IMG/VR virus record: IMGVR_UViG_3300017565_000003
DNA length: 64,000 nucleotides
Strand: one strand, 5' to 3'
Source of the DNA: a virus
The position numbers and the translations under genes are program-made. The notes under the pieces are model-generated. The model worked only from the letters and a program-made list of their open reading frames with translations. It was not told where the DNA came from and ran no database searches. This document shows, piece by piece, positions 1 to 9,763 of this stretch (position 1 is the first letter of the stretch; every line of letters starts with the position of its first letter).

Positions 1-1
1 C

Positions 2-469
2 TTTAAAGATGAAAGTAGATACGGTGATGGGATAACAACAATCAAGTCATTAAATAAGTTCATTGGAGTTGTTTCAGAAGAGTGTGTTGAAAACTTTGCC
101 GACCTAATGGATAAAGTAGAAAGAAATACATATTATTCACCTATTGATCACACCAAAGATGAGTATTTACCTTATACCCTTGAAGAATTTAAAACTAAAT
201 TCGAGATCAAAAGTTGGGATGTTAGTTTTTACACTCCAGATGGAATTTCAATAAAAGTTAACAGAGAAAAATATGGCACTTCAACAGATAATTTAAAAAT
301 TGAAAGAAAGGTTGAATATCAGAGAGAAGGATATTGGCGTTCAACTTATACAGATTGGAAATATGAATATGAGGAAGTTGGTAGTGTAGAAGATTTGTTT
401 GAAAAATACAAGCCACATTATTTAAATAAATACTTAGCAAACGGAAAATTATATCGGGAGGGAAAATAA
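2..469 (+). CDS. hypothetical phage protein, 5'-truncated
   Basis: Frame of ORF 107..469 is open back to position 2. Confidence 0.7.
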   Translation, partial: FKDESRYGDGITTIKSLNKFIGVVSEECVENFADLMDKVERNTYYSPIDHTKDEYLPYTLEEFKTKFEIKSWDVSFYTPDGISIKVNREKYGTSTDNLKIERKVEYQREGYWRSTYTDWKYEYEEVGSVEDLFEKYKPHYLNKYLANGKLYREGK

Positions 470-472
470 TAT

Positions 473-886
473 ATGAGTAATTCAAATGATCAAAGAATAC
501 TAGAATTAAAGAAACAAATTGAAGCTAAGAAAGAGAAGCTAGGAAAGACAACAAGATTTTCTCCAGTGACAAATTGTTCATTAGAGTTAGATGGAGATAG
601 ATATAACATCCAGGCCTTAAATAAAGAACAGTTAATCATGCTTATGGTTAAATTAAATTCTTATCTAATTTCTGCAAAAGCATTAGAAGTAGCTGAAGAT
701 TTCGCTATCAGTGGCTATCATGTTTCAGACTGGATAGGAGATATTCAGGATAAAGTTGAAATCTTAGCAAGAAAAGATGAGGAAAAGCAATTGAAATTAA
801 TGGAAAGTAAGTTAACCCAGTTATTATCTGAGCGAAAAAAAGTTGAGCTGGAAATTGATGAGATTGAATCATTGCTGAAAGATTAA
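473..886 (+). CDS. hypothetical coiled-coil protein
   Basis: 137-aa ORF with RBS; helical charged termini. Confidence 0.7.
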   Translation: MSNSNDQRILELKKQIEAKKEKLGKTTRFSPVTNCSLELDGDRYNIQALNKEQLIMLMVKLNSYLISAKALEVAEDFAISGYHVSDWIGDIQDKVEILARKDEEKQLKLMESKLTQLLSERKKVELEIDEIESLLKD

Positions 887-919
887 GTTAAAAGCAAGTT
901 TATATAAAGGAGGAGAAAC

Positions 920-1117
920 ATGAAGATAATTACAAAAGATAATTTTTGCAGAGACTTATTTACTGAACAAGTTATTGCGGAAAATGTTAACGAGGTTATT
1001 GGTAAAGAGTTGGTAAAGGAATGGAACGAAAAACATTGGAATCAACACTCTGATTATTACTTAGCTTTAGTTGATGATGAATATGAGCTATATGATGGAT
1101 ATGCTGATTTACTATAA
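920..1117 (+). CDS. small hypothetical protein
   Basis: Strong RBS AAAGGAGG; bounded by palindromic junction sites at 888 and 1114. Confidence 0.7.
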   Translation: MKIITKDNFCRDLFTEQVIAENVNEVIGKELVKEWNEKHWNQHSDYYLALVDDEYELYDGYADLL

Positions 1118-1153
1118 AACTTACTATTTAACTAAAAGAAAAGAGGGAGTAGT

Positions 1154-1798
1154 ATGAAACTTAAACCAAGGTACTATAAGTTTCTGCTCAAAGCTCTCAT
1201 AGGAATTGTACTTTCATTCACACTACTAACTACGTACCGAGCAGCAACATCGGAAAACGAAATTGCACCAACTAGAATTATCCAGCATGATGGACAGATA
1301 TCTAATTCAGAATACATAATTAGCAAGGAATTAATCTTAGGAAAACTTCAGTCAAAGAGTGAAATCGTCTCAGTTGAACAAGAAATTAATAAGACAGATA
1401 CTAAAGTAGATGATGGATTCTTTGGCACAAGGTCGACAGAAATGAACGTCAGTGGTACATATAAAATGGGAATTAGCGTTGAGAACATACATATTACATA
1501 CATAGATAATGACAGTAAAACTGTTTACATAGAGCTAGGAAAACCGGAATTAATTAGCCTTGAGATTCCTTATAGCGAAGTTGATGTAGAAAAAGTTAGC
1601 GGTTGGCTTCGTTTGAGCATGTCAGAGGAAGAAACTAAAAACTTTTATAAGACAGTACATAGCAATATCAAGAAAGAAATACTTAACGACAAAGAAATAA
1701 TGTCACAAGCCAATTTAAACAATCAACGTGTTATCAAGGAATTGATTATCAATCTACCAGGCGTAGAGCAAATTGTTTTCTCGGAGGTGCTACGATGA
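1154..1798 (+). CDS. DUF4230-like membrane-anchored protein
   Basis: N-terminal TM segment; G-x-Y-K-x-G-I and V-x-I-x-L-x-x-P-E-L pattern. Confidence 0.6.
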   Translation: MKLKPRYYKFLLKALIGIVLSFTLLTTYRAATSENEIAPTRIIQHDGQISNSEYIISKELILGKLQSKSEIVSVEQEINKTDTKVDDGFFGTRSTEMNVSGTYKMGISVENIHITYIDNDSKTVYIELGKPELISLEIPYSEVDVEKVSGWLRLSMSEEETKNFYKTVHSNIKKEILNDKEIMSQANLNNQRVIKELIINLPGVEQIVFSEVLR

Positions 1799-1986
1799 AC
1801 TTTAGAGAAGAAGTAAAAATGGCAGTCGAGGAATCATTGAGAGGGTACGGTGCTTCTGAATCAGCAATTAGATTTGCTTTAATCGGAGTTGATACAGGGT
1901 TCTCTGCGGGGACATTAAATGACTCTGAAAGAGAAGTTCAAGTTGACATGTTAAAGGCACTATTAAATACAGAAACAATTAATTAA
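1795..1986 (+). CDS. small hypothetical protein
   Basis: RBS GGAGG, ATGA overlap with upstream stop. Confidence 0.6.
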   Translation: MNFREEVKMAVEESLRGYGASESAIRFALIGVDTGFSAGTLNDSEREVQVDMLKALLNTETIN

Positions 1987-2018
1987 AAGTAAACTAAACA
2001 GTTTTAAAAGGAGTTAAA

Positions 2019-2165
2019 ATGGAAGCGAGTAAGTGCTATGAGTTATTGCAGCAATATGATAAATGTGAAGATTGCCAGACTAAGGATCTTACTGTAGACG
2101 TACATGGAAATGTGTTTATACGAAGTTGTAAATGTGGTTGGAAGATTGAAATTAAAGATAAATGA
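2019..2165 (+). CDS. small Zn-ribbon protein (DUF3797-like), not in ORF track
   Basis: RBS AAGGAG; MEASKCYELLQQYDKCEDC...RSCKCGW, 48 aa. Confidence 0.6.
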   Translation: MEASKCYELLQQYDKCEDCQTKDLTVDVHGNVFIRSCKCGWKIEIKDK

Positions 2166-2259
2166 AAAGTTTGTGAAATTTGAAGTCTGAAAAACGTTGA
2201 TATTGTTAGGTTTTAAAATTGAATTCACAAACTAAATCTAAATAAAAACATACTTTTAT
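2165..2259. repeat. accessory inverted-repeat element (type A) ending in palindromic junction site
   Basis: AGTTTGTGAA (2168)/TTCACAAACT (2224) IR, then ATAAAA-ACATAC-TTTTAT at 2242; same layout at 56332-56427. Confidence 0.75.
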
Positions 2260-2278
2260 TGTGAAAGGAGATTATTTA

Positions 2279-2647
2279 TTGGCATATAAATATACCAGTC
2301 CATTAGAAAAAGGATTTCATAAGTTTAAATTAACCAAAAAGCAGCACAATGACATCTTTAAATACCGCAAGATAAGATGGACAGATGAATACGAATATTA
2401 TTACAATGATAATTCAATTCTTCTACATAAATTTTATAGCTGGAGAATTGTGGCTCTGTCTACCGTATTATTTCCGGTAACAATTTTCCTTGTTGGAATT
2501 CTTAATATAAAAGAAGCGTGGAGAGACTTGATCAAACTGTATAAGCAGAAAGAGTCAGGATCATTTGTAAGTGAAGTAATATGGAGTAAGGATGAAAAGT
2601 ATCAACAGGTTTTAAAGGCTATGATAAAAAACTTAAAAATAATATAA
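2279..2647 (+). CDS. hypothetical membrane protein
   Basis: RBS AAGGAG then TTG at 2279; one hydrophobic segment. Confidence 0.6.
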   Translation: MAYKYTSPLEKGFHKFKLTKKQHNDIFKYRKIRWTDEYEYYYNDNSILLHKFYSWRIVALSTVLFPVTIFLVGILNIKEAWRDLIKLYKQKESGSFVSEVIWSKDEKYQQVLKAMIKNLKII

Positions 2648-2666
2648 ATAAATTTAACAAATAGGG

Positions 2667-2695
2667 TTTACAAAGATAAATTTATCTATTATAAT
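2667..2695 (+). promoter_or_regulatory. sigma-A promoter with embedded palindromic operator
   Basis: TTTACA-17bp-TATAAT; perfect palindrome AGATAAATTTATCT at 2674-2687. Confidence 0.85.
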
Positions 2696-2730
2696 CAGTA
2701 TATAGTCAGTTAAGGAAAGGAGTTGAGAAG

Positions 2731-3087
2731 TTGAAAACAAAGGTTTTAAAATTAACACAAGAGGCATTTAACTACTATAGAGAAAACACCAATGAGCGAA
2801 ATAAAAACATTACATATGATCAAGCTTGTAAGAAGATTAGTAGAAACGTTTTGTTAGCTAAAGAAGTTAAACTGCGAGACAAGTTTCAGAGATTGACAGG
2901 AATGAAACTTTATCATTATGGCAACTTGCATATTTATCTTAGATGGAACAGAGTAATCAAGCTAGTTAATCATAAAGGTGGAAAACATTATGGTGGCTGG
3001 CAGCAAGATATTATGAAACATATTGAACTAAGTGAACAATTAGGAATTGAAGATAATAAGTACAGCAAGCAGTTAAACTTTAATTAA
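2731..3087 (+). CDS. hypothetical basic protein
   Basis: RBS AAGGAG, TTG start, 118 aa. Confidence 0.65.
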   Translation: MKTKVLKLTQEAFNYYRENTNERNKNITYDQACKKISRNVLLAKEVKLRDKFQRLTGMKLYHYGNLHIYLRWNRVIKLVNHKGGKHYGGWQQDIMKHIELSEQLGIEDNKYSKQLNFN

Positions 3088-3243
3088 ATTATAACACAAA
3101 TTTTAAGGAGGTGAGAGCATATCGACATTAATAAATCACCACCAGGCTAGATACAATTAGCTTTTTACCTAGAACACATACAAGTAAAATTAATTATTTA
3201 TAATATAAAAATACAACGGATATTATTAGGAGGAAATACATAT

Positions 3244-4491
3244 ATGGCAAGATTATATAACTCATTTGAATTCATCGGTAACATCAACATTCCAAAGGAT
3301 AAAAGTAAATTCCATGATGTACGTGAGAGTGCATCTGGTTGGGTAGGACACCGATTAAACTTTGGGGTACAAGAATCAAAAACAAACAGCGCATTTGTTG
3401 AGTTGTACGGTGGTTATTCTAAATCAAAGCCTAACAAAGTGTTTACATTCAGTAAAGGAACTGAAAGCGAAAAAGGATCTAAACTTGAGATTCCTTGGGA
3501 TGAGCGTTTAAATCCTGAGACACTCGATATGGTTGCTGACTTCAAAAAGATTGTAGTTGATTTAACGACTGACTTTGAATTGAAAGAAGAAGTTAATCAG
3601 ATCCTTTATCAAATTAGAAGTCTTGAATACCAAGATAAATTAACTCCTGAAGACCAAGAAAAATTATCTTCATTAAAAAAGGAATTAACTGAAAAAGCTG
3701 CTGACCGTCATGAATTCATACATAACTATGATGCAATTGAATTCCTATCTAGCAAACTAGAAGATTATAAGGAATATAAATTTAGATTAACTGGTAGTCT
3801 TGACCTAAGTGCGAATAAAGGTAAGTTCTACCGTAAGTTTAATCCAGAATTAATTGAAATTGTGGAAAATGATACACCTTCGCAACTAAGATCAACTATG
3901 GATATCTTCTTTACTAAAGATGCTGTAGATGACAAAGACTTCAATAAAGAAAAGAAAGTTTTCATTGATGGATATGTACTTGGTTATGACAGTGGAGTTA
4001 AGAAAGATCAGTTCTTCCCAATGCAATTTGTAATCAATGGTCAGAAGTTAGACTTTGAAAATGAAACTCATGTCAAACGTTTTGAATTCCTTAAAAATAA
4101 ATTTAATGTAAAAGGTAAAGGGGTTTACCATCTTCAATGGTTAGTGAATATCTTCCGTGGAGCTGATACGGTAGAGTTTACTGAAAATGATTTAACACCT
4201 CAACAAAAAGAAGCAATTGAATTTGGATTTAATAAACTAGAAGATTTTGCTCCAAAAGGTGGAATGCTTGGGGAAACAGTTTACGAAAATCGACTAGTAA
4301 AACCAACTCTTGAGTTAATTAATGATGCTAATGACTTCAGAGAAGGTGCAGTTGAATCTACATATGAGCTAGACGATTTAGACTTTACATTTGCAGAACC
4401 ACAAAGTAAACCTGCTGAAACAGTTGAAACTAAAACTGAAAGTACTCCTAAAGTAGATATCGACAAAGATTTAGATGACTTGTTTGCATAA
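3244..4491 (+). CDS. YorF-like protein, probable ssDNA-binding protein
   Basis: Position ahead of the AAA ATPase as in SPbeta; acidic C-tail DLDDLFA. Confidence 0.55.
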   Translation: MARLYNSFEFIGNINIPKDKSKFHDVRESASGWVGHRLNFGVQESKTNSAFVELYGGYSKSKPNKVFTFSKGTESEKGSKLEIPWDERLNPETLDMVADFKKIVVDLTTDFELKEEVNQILYQIRSLEYQDKLTPEDQEKLSSLKKELTEKAADRHEFIHNYDAIEFLSSKLEDYKEYKFRLTGSLDLSANKGKFYRKFNPELIEIVENDTPSQLRSTMDIFFTKDAVDDKDFNKEKKVFIDGYVLGYDSGVKKDQFFPMQFVINGQKLDFENETHVKRFEFLKNKFNVKGKGVYHLQWLVNIFRGADTVEFTENDLTPQQKEAIEFGFNKLEDFAPKGGMLGETVYENRLVKPTLELINDANDFREGAVESTYELDDLDFTFAEPQSKPAETVETKTESTPKVDIDKDLDDLFA

Positions 4492-4492
4492 A

Positions 4493-4514
4493 AAGAAGGG
4501 GATTTCCCCTTCTT
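4493..4514 (+). terminator. hairpin/terminator
   Basis: AAGAAGGGGA/TCCCCTTCTT stem right after the stop. Confidence 0.6.
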
Positions 4515-4556
4515 GTAAGTAAAATAAATTAATTATTAAGAGGAGAGATTTATAAT

Positions 4557-6698
4557 ATGGGTAGAAAATTTGGTAAAAAGAATGTAATTAAAATTGATCC
4601 ACTTGCTTATAACGTTGGACTAATTGGAGAATCGGGAATTGGTAAAACAACATTAGCAGTTGAATATTGCGAGCAATTAGCAGGTGAAGATGGATACATT
4701 TTAGCTAACATTGGTAAAGAAGATGGTGTAGATGCTATTCCAAATGCTATTTATGAGAATATTCCTGACTGGGAGACTTTTGAAGAGTTTGTGGAAGATA
4801 TTGTTGAAAATCGTACAACAGATTACAAGGATTTAAAAGTAGTTGTATATGACACTATTGATGAGTTATTCCGTATTGCAGAACCGGAAGTGATTAGATT
4901 ACATAACAAAGCACATCCTGATAAGAAAACTACTTCAATCAAAGCTGCATTTGGTGGATTAACCTTAGCTATATAAGTCCACATATATCAGTAATGGTAT
5001 ATTAGAAAACTTTGTGAACTGTGATTGCAAGCAGGTGTCTATTTAACGATTAGTAACAGTAGGAAATGACTGCTAATAAATAGGCTAACAGGGGAAGCTT
5101 AGTCGTTTAGATATGCTAATCCTGTGGTAAGCATGTTTGATTAGAAATAAATTTAATGGAGGTGGCTAGTTTGCCACGAAAAATAGATGTTGTTATAGGA
5201 GATAAATTTAACAGACTAACGATAATTAAAGATTTGGGGAAAAGACAGGTTGGATCTAGTGGTGAATATCAATATGTATTAGTTGAGTGCGAGTGTGGAA
5301 ACAAACGAGAAATGTCATTTAATGATGTTCGCCAAGGTCACAGTAAGTCTTGCGGTTGTTACAACGTTGAGAAAATTAAAGAAAGAATGACTAAACACGG
5401 TCATTCGAATACAAGATTATATCGCATATGGAAAGATATGAGAAGACGTTGTAATAATCCAAGTAGAAGGAATTATCCAGACTACGGTGGAAGAGGTATT
5501 GAGGTTTGTAGTGAATGGAATAACTTTCAAAGTTTCTACAACTGGTCATTGGAAAATGGATATGAAGAACATTTGACTATTGAAAGAAAAAATGTTGATG
5601 GAAATTATGAACCTGGTAATTGCGAATGGATACCTCGTAAGAAACAGAATGGTAACACTAGAAAAACTAAGCATTTTAAAGCCATTTCCCCAAATGGTGA
5701 AATATATGAAACTAAGAATGTTCGTGAATTTTCACGAGAACATAGCTTAGACAGGAATGAAGTTAGTAACTGTTTGAATAACAAAAGAGATACATATAAA
5801 GGTTGGAAATTTGAATTAATATAAATAACATCTAATCAAACATGAAACTCAAGAGACTATCGAAAGGGTAGCTGAAAAGCGAGTAACCGAGTAGAGTAGG
5901 GTGGATTTTGCTACCACTCGAAGTGCAAAGTATCCCAATGGGATAATGATATAGTCCATGTCCATTAGAAATAGTGGGTAACATGTTATGGCTGGAGAAG
6001 ATAAAGCTATTGAATTAGTATTAGAAAAGATTTGGGAACTGAAATCAGTTGGTGTATCAATGATGATTATCGGACATACAAAACGTAAAAATCAATCAGA
6101 CGTTGCAACTGGTGAAGAATACGAAACACTTACAGCAAACTTAACTAACCGTTACTTCAATGCAATTAAAACTAAATTACATATTCTTGGTGTAGCTTCG
6201 ATTGATCGTTCCATTGAAAAACAACGTATTAAGCAAAAAGTTGGTGCAGACAAGATTGTTGGTAAAATTACAGGCGAAAGTCGAATTATTACATTCCGTG
6301 ATGACAACTTTAACATTGACTCTAAATCACGTTTTAATGAAATTACACCACAAATTGATTTAGATGTAGATCAGTTTAAAGAAGCTGTGGAAGATGCTAT
6401 CAAGAAAGCACATTCTAAACAAAAAGGTGCTAAATCTTTAGATGAGACTAAACAAGAACAACAAAAAGCTAAAGAAGTAGAAATTGAAAAAGTTGTTGAA
6501 GAAACTAATCGTACTAAAGTCAATGCTGAAGAGAATGAAGAGTTAATTGAAGTGATTCAGAATAAATTTGCGAGTGCATCAGATGATGTAAAAGTTAAAG
6601 TAAAAGAAATTATGACTGAATATAAATTCTCATCCTTCAAAGATCCAGAAACTATTTCAACTGTTGCCTTACGTAATATCGTTGAATTAATAGGTTAA
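4557..6698 (+). CDS. YorG-like AAA_24/Sak4-type ATPase, spliced join(4557..4959,5986..6698), 371 aa
   Basis: Walker A GESGIGKT and Walker B VVVYDT in exon 1; splicing gives in-frame AAFGG-F-MAGEDK. Confidence 0.85.
4960..5985 (+). ncRNA. group I self-splicing intron (1026 nt)
   Basis: P1 exon GTGGAT pairs with GTCCAC including U.G at the 5' splice site; R element TCAAGAGACTAT; S element AATGATATAGTCC; P7 GACTAT/ATAGTC; terminal G at 5985. Confidence 0.92.
5171..5824 (+). CDS. intron-encoded HNH/His-Me homing endonuclease
   Basis: RBS GGAGGTG + TTG; CECG..SCGC, YGGRGIEVC..W, TIERKNVDGNYEPGNCEW; enclosed by 14-bp stem CATGTTTGATTAGA/TCTAATCAAACATG. Confidence 0.85.
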   Translation: MPRKIDVVIGDKFNRLTIIKDLGKRQVGSSGEYQYVLVECECGNKREMSFNDVRQGHSKSCGCYNVEKIKERMTKHGHSNTRLYRIWKDMRRRCNNPSRRNYPDYGGRGIEVCSEWNNFQSFYNWSLENGYEEHLTIERKNVDGNYEPGNCEWIPRKKQNGNTRKTKHFKAISPNGEIYETKNVREFSREHSLDRNEVSNCLNNKRDTYKGWKFELI

Positions 6699-6757
6699 TA
6701 ATTTTATAGGGGAGTGTTAATTCATTCCCCTTTTATTTATAAAACGGTGGTGAAATT

Positions 6758-7297
6758 GTGGCTAGAAAAGTAGTGTGTAAGATATGTAAAACAAAAGGTG
6801 AATCAGATAAGTTCTACAAAGTGACTGATGAAAAGGGTAGGAATTCTTATTATTGTTCTCAAGAGGAATATGAAAACTTGATTAATGAGCGATTGAAATT
6901 CAAGAATTTAATGGAATACGTAGCAGTAGAAATTCTTGAATATGAAGATGGTCAAATTGTTCCTCCTTCAATGGTGAAGAAAATAACTAAACTTAATGAG
7001 TTTTATGATTACGATGTGATTCATGAGTGCTTCAAAGTGAATAAAGAAACTATTCAGTACTGGATTAAGGTTAAAGATTTCTCTAGTGAATATGGAATGG
7101 CTAGTTATACTATGAAAATTATAGAGGGGAGTATAAATGACATCTATAACAAATGGAAGTTTAAAAAGCAGCAAGAAGTAAAACAAGAAAATACTTTAGT
7201 AGATTTGAGTTACATTGATCAAATTGAAGATAAACCAACAATTAAAACTAATAATGATACAGGAATCTTGTCATTCTTAGATGAGGAGGACATTTGA
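6758..7297 (+). CDS. YorH-like replication protein (CxxC N-terminus)
   Basis: Position between ATPase and helicase; CKIC...YYCS. Confidence 0.55.
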   Translation: MARKVVCKICKTKGESDKFYKVTDEKGRNSYYCSQEEYENLINERLKFKNLMEYVAVEILEYEDGQIVPPSMVKKITKLNEFYDYDVIHECFKVNKETIQYWIKVKDFSSEYGMASYTMKIIEGSINDIYNKWKFKKQQEVKQENTLVDLSYIDQIEDKPTIKTNNDTGILSFLDEEDI

Positions 7298-8272
7298 TTG
7301 GAGTATCGTGGAATTGAATTATCAGACAGTGTAAATTTATTTAATAAGGATAAACGATCTGGAACAATTAATCAAAGGATAAAAACTAGTTTGGACAAAT
7401 TAATTGATTTATTAAATGTTAATAATCACAAAATCCTAAGTGTATATTTTGGTGAAGATACTAAAATATTAATAGATTTCAATTGTGGTCATGAATCACA
7501 TTGGATTTCACCATCAAAGTATAAACTAGGAAGAGGTTGTCCAGGGTGTGGTAATTTGATTATTTCAGAAAAACAAAATAAACGAGCAAAAGATAAATTT
7601 ATACTATTAGTTGAAAATAATGGACATTTACTTTTAAGTGAGTATATTAATGCTAAATCAAAAATTCTTATAGATTATAATTGTGGACACAAACCCCATT
7701 GGGTTACACCAAATAACTATAAAAAAGAAAACGGAAGTGGATGTCCTAAGTGTTCTGGAAAATGTCCAGAACAAGCAAAAATAAATTTAACTAAATTAAT
7801 AGAATCAAATGGACATGAATTGTTAAGTAATTATGAAAACGCAAATACTAAAGTGCTGATTGAATTTAAATGTGGTCATAGTCCTTATTGGATTTTACCA
7901 AATGGGTATAGAAACGGACGAGGATGTCTTTTGTGTTCAGAATCGAAAGGAGAAAAAAGAGTGAGGGAATGGTTGATTACTAATAACATTCAATTTGATT
8001 CACAAAAAGAATTCGAAGGATTAATGGGTGTTGGGGGAGGGAATTTATCTTATGATTTTTATTTACCAAAACAAAATCTATTGATTGAATATCAGGGTGA
8101 ATTCCATGATGGTACTGCTTTTCAACAAACTGATGAGGAATTTAAAATCCAACAAGAACATGATCTTAGAAAGATGGACTATTCTAAAATAAATAACATT
8201 GAACTACTAGAAATTTGGTATTGGGACTTTGATAATATTGAAGAAATACTTAAACGTGAATTAATTAAGTAA
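7298..8272 (+). CDS. free-standing endonuclease: tandem Zn-ribbon repeats + Vsr/DUF559-like domain
   Basis: 3x CGH..W..P....GxGCPxC; SKGEK..YDFY..IEYQGEFHD. Confidence 0.75.
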   Translation: MEYRGIELSDSVNLFNKDKRSGTINQRIKTSLDKLIDLLNVNNHKILSVYFGEDTKILIDFNCGHESHWISPSKYKLGRGCPGCGNLIISEKQNKRAKDKFILLVENNGHLLLSEYINAKSKILIDYNCGHKPHWVTPNNYKKENGSGCPKCSGKCPEQAKINLTKLIESNGHELLSNYENANTKVLIEFKCGHSPYWILPNGYRNGRGCLLCSESKGEKRVREWLITNNIQFDSQKEFEGLMGVGGGNLSYDFYLPKQNLLIEYQGEFHDGTAFQQTDEEFKIQQEHDLRKMDYSKINNIELLEIWYWDFDNIEEILKRELIK

Positions 8273-8288
8273 AGGAATGTGATTAGGA

Positions 8289-9755
8289 ATGAAACCACTA
8301 GATAGTTATCCTCCAGAATTGACAGCACAAAGAGATCACATGGAAGCAAATTTCATATTCTGCTTATGGAAAAATCCAGAATTATTTTCTGATTATGAAA
8401 AAGAAGTGAGAGCAGATAGAGATTTATTAACAGAAGACGGACGCTTCTATTATTCTCTTGCTTACGAGATGTACAAATTAGGATATAAGAGTTTTGATGA
8501 CGCTAGTATCTTCAGTTATGTTGAAGGTAAAGAAACTCTTAAGAATGGGTTTACCAGAAGGGGTGGTTACAAAACTGTTGATGAAATAAAGAGGATATTG
8601 AATGAGGAGAACATTGAAACTTATTACGATGAATTAGTTAAATTTAATATGCTTCTTAAACTACATGACAAAGGATTTAATGTAGTTAATGAGATTGATA
8701 AGTTTAAGAAAATGACAAGTGTTCAACTGTACGATTACTTTGAATACCAGTTGGACAATGTATTCTTAAATCGTGGAAATGGTGTAAAAATTGAGGACTT
8801 AGACTTTAATGATGACTTCATAGAAGCTTGTGATGCTGGAGAGGAAATGGGATTAAGTTATGCGGCAGCATGTCCTTTATTAAACTTTCACACTTTAGGT
8901 TTACATAGATCAAATGTACAAATATTTGCAGGATTTAGTGGAACTGGTAAGACAAGTTTTTGCATTAATTCATACATATTATCAATACTTGATCAAGGTG
9001 AAAACGTTACAATCATTGCTAATGAGATGAATAAACGATCTTGGCAACATATATTAATGGCCACAATCTTGAGTCAAAAGTTAGATTATTATGGTCTACC
9101 ACGAAAGAAGCAGAAAATGGGTAATTTAGCAGCTGAACAAAAAGAGAAGATGGAAGAAGCTAGAGAATATTTTAACGAACACTATAAAGGTAGGCTCAAA
9201 TTTGCAAAGATATATGATTACAGTACTGAAGATGTTAAAAAGATCATTAGAAAGATGGCTAAACAAGGTTTTAAATATGCGTTGTACGACACTTTTAAGA
9301 GTGAGGATTCATCTTCTGCACAAATGACTGGTGAATTGATTGAGTCGTCTAAACAATTACTTCAGGTGGCTGAAAAAGAAGATGTAGGAATTATCATAAC
9401 AATGCAGTTGGCAATTTACATGGAAAATACACGATATCTTACAGCAGCATGTTTATCTGGTGCAAAAGGAGTTAAAGAAATTGTTTCCGAATTAGTATTG
9501 ACTAGACAAGTTTGGGAGGATGAATTTAACGGGGAGAAGTATGATATCAAGCCATATAGATACAAGAAAGATTCAAATGGTAAATTCACAAAAATAAAAG
9601 AAGAAATTACATTAAAGCATGATAAAAAGTATATGATTCTATTCTTAGATAAAACAAGGAATGATGAGGGAGATACCACACTGCTTTATCAGTTTGATGG
9701 TGCTTGGAATAAATGGACTGAAATAGGTTATTGTACACCAAAGCATCAACGGTAG
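8289..9755 (+). CDS. DnaB-like replicative helicase (YorI-like)
   Basis: GFSGTGKT Walker A, YDTFK, MQL, KTRN motifs. Confidence 0.85.
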   Translation: MKPLDSYPPELTAQRDHMEANFIFCLWKNPELFSDYEKEVRADRDLLTEDGRFYYSLAYEMYKLGYKSFDDASIFSYVEGKETLKNGFTRRGGYKTVDEIKRILNEENIETYYDELVKFNMLLKLHDKGFNVVNEIDKFKKMTSVQLYDYFEYQLDNVFLNRGNGVKIEDLDFNDDFIEACDAGEEMGLSYAAACPLLNFHTLGLHRSNVQIFAGFSGTGKTSFCINSYILSILDQGENVTIIANEMNKRSWQHILMATILSQKLDYYGLPRKKQKMGNLAAEQKEKMEEAREYFNEHYKGRLKFAKIYDYSTEDVKKIIRKMAKQGFKYALYDTFKSEDSSSAQMTGELIESSKQLLQVAEKEDVGIIITMQLAIYMENTRYLTAACLSGAKGVKEIVSELVLTRQVWEDEFNGEKYDIKPYRYKKDSNGKFTKIKEEITLKHDKKYMILFLDKTRNDEGDTTLLYQFDGAWNKWTEIGYCTPKHQR

Positions 9756-9763
9756 GTGAGCAT

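Noticed and set aside
3089-4536. Weak palindrome-like matches at 3089, 3184 and 4519
   Set aside because: Low-complexity AT sequence overlapping the operator-like motif; not counted as junction sites
4557-4976. ORFs 4557..4976 and 5988..6698 as separate genes or a pseudogene
   Set aside because: They are exons of one gene split by a group I intron
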